A DNA stretch of 57,423 bases from a virus (lineage: Duplodnaviria > Caudoviricetes): the IMG/VR virus record IMGVR_UViG_3300042561_000852, positions 1-57,423 of that record. One strand, given 5' to 3'. The position numbers were made by a program, and so were the translations under genes. This document shows positions 54,833 to 57,423 of this stretch, one piece after another (positions within the stretch are counted from its first letter, which is position 1; each line of letters opens with the position of its first letter). The notes under the pieces are model-generated. The model ran no database searches. It saw nothing but the letters and a program-made list of their open reading frames with translations, and had not been told where the DNA came from.

Positions 54833-56917
54833 ATGGCGGCTATCGTCATCAACGACTTCGGCGGCATGGCGCCGATCTTCCGGCCGCGGAAGCTGCCGGA
54901 CGCGATGGCGGTCACCGCTCGCGATACTCGATTCGAGGGCTCTGGCGTAGGGCCGCGCATGCAGTCCCGCGCGCTGGATGGATCGGACGGCATCAGCGTG
55001 TCAGACCTGAGCGCGCAGAACTGGCGCACCCTGTTCGCGCACGAGCGCAGCGACGGCAGCGTCGAGCTTCTGGCATGGCCTGACGGGCACGGGCTGGTCC
55101 ATGCGGTGCGCAGCCCTGTGCCCGGCGAGACGGCCAATCGCGTCTACTGGAGCCGGGCCGGCACGTTCCCGCGCGTGGCGTCGCAGCCGAGCGCTGCGAT
55201 CATCGCAGCCGATTCCGTGGGCGTGGTGCGCCGCCTTGGCATCCCCGACGTCCGCAATGCGGCGAATCCCGGGATTCTGTCTCCGGTGACGGCGACGCAA
55301 TCGAGCGACGTCGAGACGCTGGCGTTCGGGCAGGTCGGCAGCCTGAGCCAGACCAACCCGGTGACCGTGTCGGCGACCGTGACGCCGCCATTCAAGGCTG
55401 GCCAGACGGTGCGCGTCGAGCATCAGGGGACGACAACGACATCCGGCCAGCCGGTCAACATGAGCGAGCTCAACGGCCGCACGTTCGTGGTCGGCACGGT
55501 GACAGGCAACACCTTCACCCTGATCGGCGCCAATGGCACAACCCTGAGCGCTGCAGCGACGCCCGCCAACATCCGCCTCGTGCGCGTCTACACCGAAGCG
55601 GACAAGGTCACCCGCAGCTATTTGGCGACCCTGGTCAGCACCGACGGCGAGGAAGGGCCGCCGTGCGTTCCCTCGACTCCCGCGGAGTTCAACGTCGGCG
55701 TTCCGATCGGCGTCAGCTTGCAGGGCGTGTTCCCTGATCTGACCTGGGCGCAGCGGACTGCGATCAACCGCATCCGCATCTACCGCACCAGCACCGGCAG
55801 CGAGACCACGGATTTCTTCTTTCTGGCCGAGGTCGCCATCAGCACCAACAGTGGATCCACTGCGATCCCGCAGACTGGCGCGGCCACCTTCAGTGACCCG
55901 AACAACGACGAAACCCAAGTGCTCGGGGAGGTGCTGCCCTCGAAGGACTGGCAGGCACCTCCGACCAACCTGCGCGGCCTGACGCGGATGCCGAACGGCT
56001 ACCTTGTCGGCTACGTGGGCAACACGCTCTATGCAAGCGAGCCCTACCAGCCGCATGCGTGGCCGGATCGCTACCGCCGCACCACCAACAGCGAGATTCG
56101 CGGCCTGGCCGTGTTCGGCGACACGCTGGTCATCGCAACCACCGGGAAGCCCTACATCGCGCAGGGCGCCGATCCGTCGAGCCTGTACCTGCAGGAGCTT
56201 GACGAGCCAGCGCCGTGCATTTTCGAGCGCACCGTGGTGCCTGTTGGCATCGGTGTGGCTTGGGCAAGCCGAGAGGGCGTGACCCTGGTCAATTCTGGCG
56301 GGCCGCGCAACATCACTGCATCGATCTTCACCCGCGCACAGTGGGAAGAGCTTTTGTCCAGCTTCACTGCGCAGGACTGGATTTTCCACAACCGCCGCCT
56401 GATCGCGCTGTCGCCTGAAGACTCGACGCCACTGCGGAGCTGGACGATCGAGTTCCAGCCCGGCGGCCGATTCGACTTCTCGCAGATCACCACGTTCGGG
56501 CGCGCGCCGGTGCTGAACCCGGCCACGGGACGTGTCGTGCATCTGGCCAGAACTGTCGTGCTGTCGCAGGCGGCCTACAGGACGATCGACGTCCTCGAAG
56601 GCGGCGCGCTGCCTGCCACCCTGGTCTGGCGCAGCAAGGTGTTCACGATGAAGCAGCCGATGAACTTCGGCGCCGCCCAGGTGTTCGCCGACGCATACCC
56701 CCTGACCCTGCGCGTGCGCTACGGCGCTCCGGCCAGCCCCGGAGCGCAGCCTCCGGCAGAGCCGACCACAGCGTTCTCTGTCGTCCTGAATGGCTCCGAC
56801 CCCGTGCGCCTTCCTGCTGGCTTCCTGTCGCGCGAGTGGCAGGTCGAGATTGAGGGCGGCGTCAATGTGGCTTCGGTCGTGCTGGGCGAGACGATGGAAG
56901 AGATCCGCCAGCTATGA
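54833..56917 (+). CDS. Tail nozzle/stabilisation protein
   Basis: I..F.G..P....LP...A; EEGPP; MPNG...SEPYQPHAWP; W.SK.F; GGAGG SD. Confidence 0.8.
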   Translation: MAAIVINDFGGMAPIFRPRKLPDAMAVTARDTRFEGSGVGPRMQSRALDGSDGISVSDLSAQNWRTLFAHERSDGSVELLAWPDGHGLVHAVRSPVPGETANRVYWSRAGTFPRVASQPSAAIIAADSVGVVRRLGIPDVRNAANPGILSPVTATQSSDVETLAFGQVGSLSQTNPVTVSATVTPPFKAGQTVRVEHQGTTTTSGQPVNMSELNGRTFVVGTVTGNTFTLIGANGTTLSAAATPANIRLVRVYTEADKVTRSYLATLVSTDGEEGPPCVPSTPAEFNVGVPIGVSLQGVFPDLTWAQRTAINRIRIYRTSTGSETTDFFFLAEVAISTNSGSTAIPQTGAATFSDPNNDETQVLGEVLPSKDWQAPPTNLRGLTRMPNGYLVGYVGNTLYASEPYQPHAWPDRYRRTTNSEIRGLAVFGDTLVIATTGKPYIAQGADPSSLYLQELDEPAPCIFERTVVPVGIGVAWASREGVTLVNSGGPRNITASIFTRAQWEELLSSFTAQDWIFHNRRLIALSPEDSTPLRSWTIEFQPGGRFDFSQITTFGRAPVLNPATGRVVHLARTVVLSQAAYRTIDVLEGGALPATLVWRSKVFTMKQPMNFGAAQVFADAYPLTLRVRYGAPASPGAQPPAEPTTAFSVVLNGSDPVRLPAGFLSREWQVEIEGGVNVASVVLGETMEEIRQL

Positions 56918-57406
56918 GCACGAAGGGCACTCAAGTCCCATCGATCCCGGCTGTCGGTGACGCCAGCAACCCGGAGCAAGTTCAGCGCGCGCTGACGGCG
57001 CTGCGTGAGGCAATGGAGGTCGGATACGGCCGCCGCGGCGAGAAGCTGGATCGCTTCGTGACTCTGCGCGAGCTCGAAGGGGCGGGCATCGTCAAGACCG
57101 CTGGCGGTCAGCTGCAGGGCGCCGGGCTTGCGATCACCGGCCCGGGCGCTGGCGCCACGCTTCCGCTGCCGCCCCCTGATGACTTCGGCGAGACGGACTT
57201 CACCGTGCCGCCGGCGCCGACCGGAATCCGCGTGCGCGGCGTCTCTCCGACATCGATCGCGGTCACCTTCGACCCGCCGCCCTACCGAAATCACTGGTTC
57301 ACCGAGGTTTTCTCGGCTGTCGCGCCCAACACCACTCTTGGCGCAATGATTGCCCTGTCTCCGAGCTTCGCGCTGCAGCAGCCGCACCGGACCACGAATC
57401 AGCACG
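56914..57406 (+). CDS. N-terminal part of the tail tip protein (continues into 62-2182)
   Basis: ATGA overlap; MSTKGTQVPSIP...GRRGEKLDRFVTLREL...PPAPTG; no stop before the window end. Confidence 0.8.
57285..57406. repeat. Terminal direct repeat, identical to 1-122
   Basis: Exact match. Confidence 0.97.
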
Positions 57407-57423
57407 AAGCTCGGAGACAGGGC

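Noticed and set aside
57405-57423. Final 19 nt are the reverse complement of 57352-57370 (possible hairpin end or inversion)
   Set aside because: Lies beyond the circular overlap, inside a coding region, with no protelomerase or invertase; most likely a fold-back chimeric read

Overview
The window is a complete, circularly permuted genome of about 57,284 bp. Bases 1-122 are repeated exactly at 57285-57406. It is a GC-rich temperate, probably short-tailed (podovirus-like) phage, most likely of a Gammaproteobacterium. It is in the excised form, with an intact attP whose core looks like a tRNA-Ser 3' end. Modules in order: tail tip and ejection proteins; a 4515-aa DarB-like polyvalent protein (SF2 helicase, N6-MTase, ADP-ribosyltransferase-like, HExxxH, LPD38-like); a P4-type integrase with attP; a leftward early operon (YfdQ/YfdP-like pair, SSB, exonuclease, RecT); a lambdoid cI/cro switch with six operators; replication and nin genes; lysis; terminase, portal, scaffold, capsid and tail genes. 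Four things stand out. (1) A 1.2-kb cluster of structured RNAs in the early operon: four closed-stem RNAs with covarying kissing loops around variable inserts, plus a type I hammerhead ribozyme. A fifth, separately promoted copy lies beside the integrase. (2) At least three, probably four, genes overprinted in the +1 frame inside the giant polyvalent gene, three with good Shine-Dalgarno (SD) sites. (3) Repeated junction motifs bracketing apparently swapped modules of that protein. (4) A 15-bp motif repeated before three late gene blocks. All family assignments come from motif recognition by eye; no searches were run.
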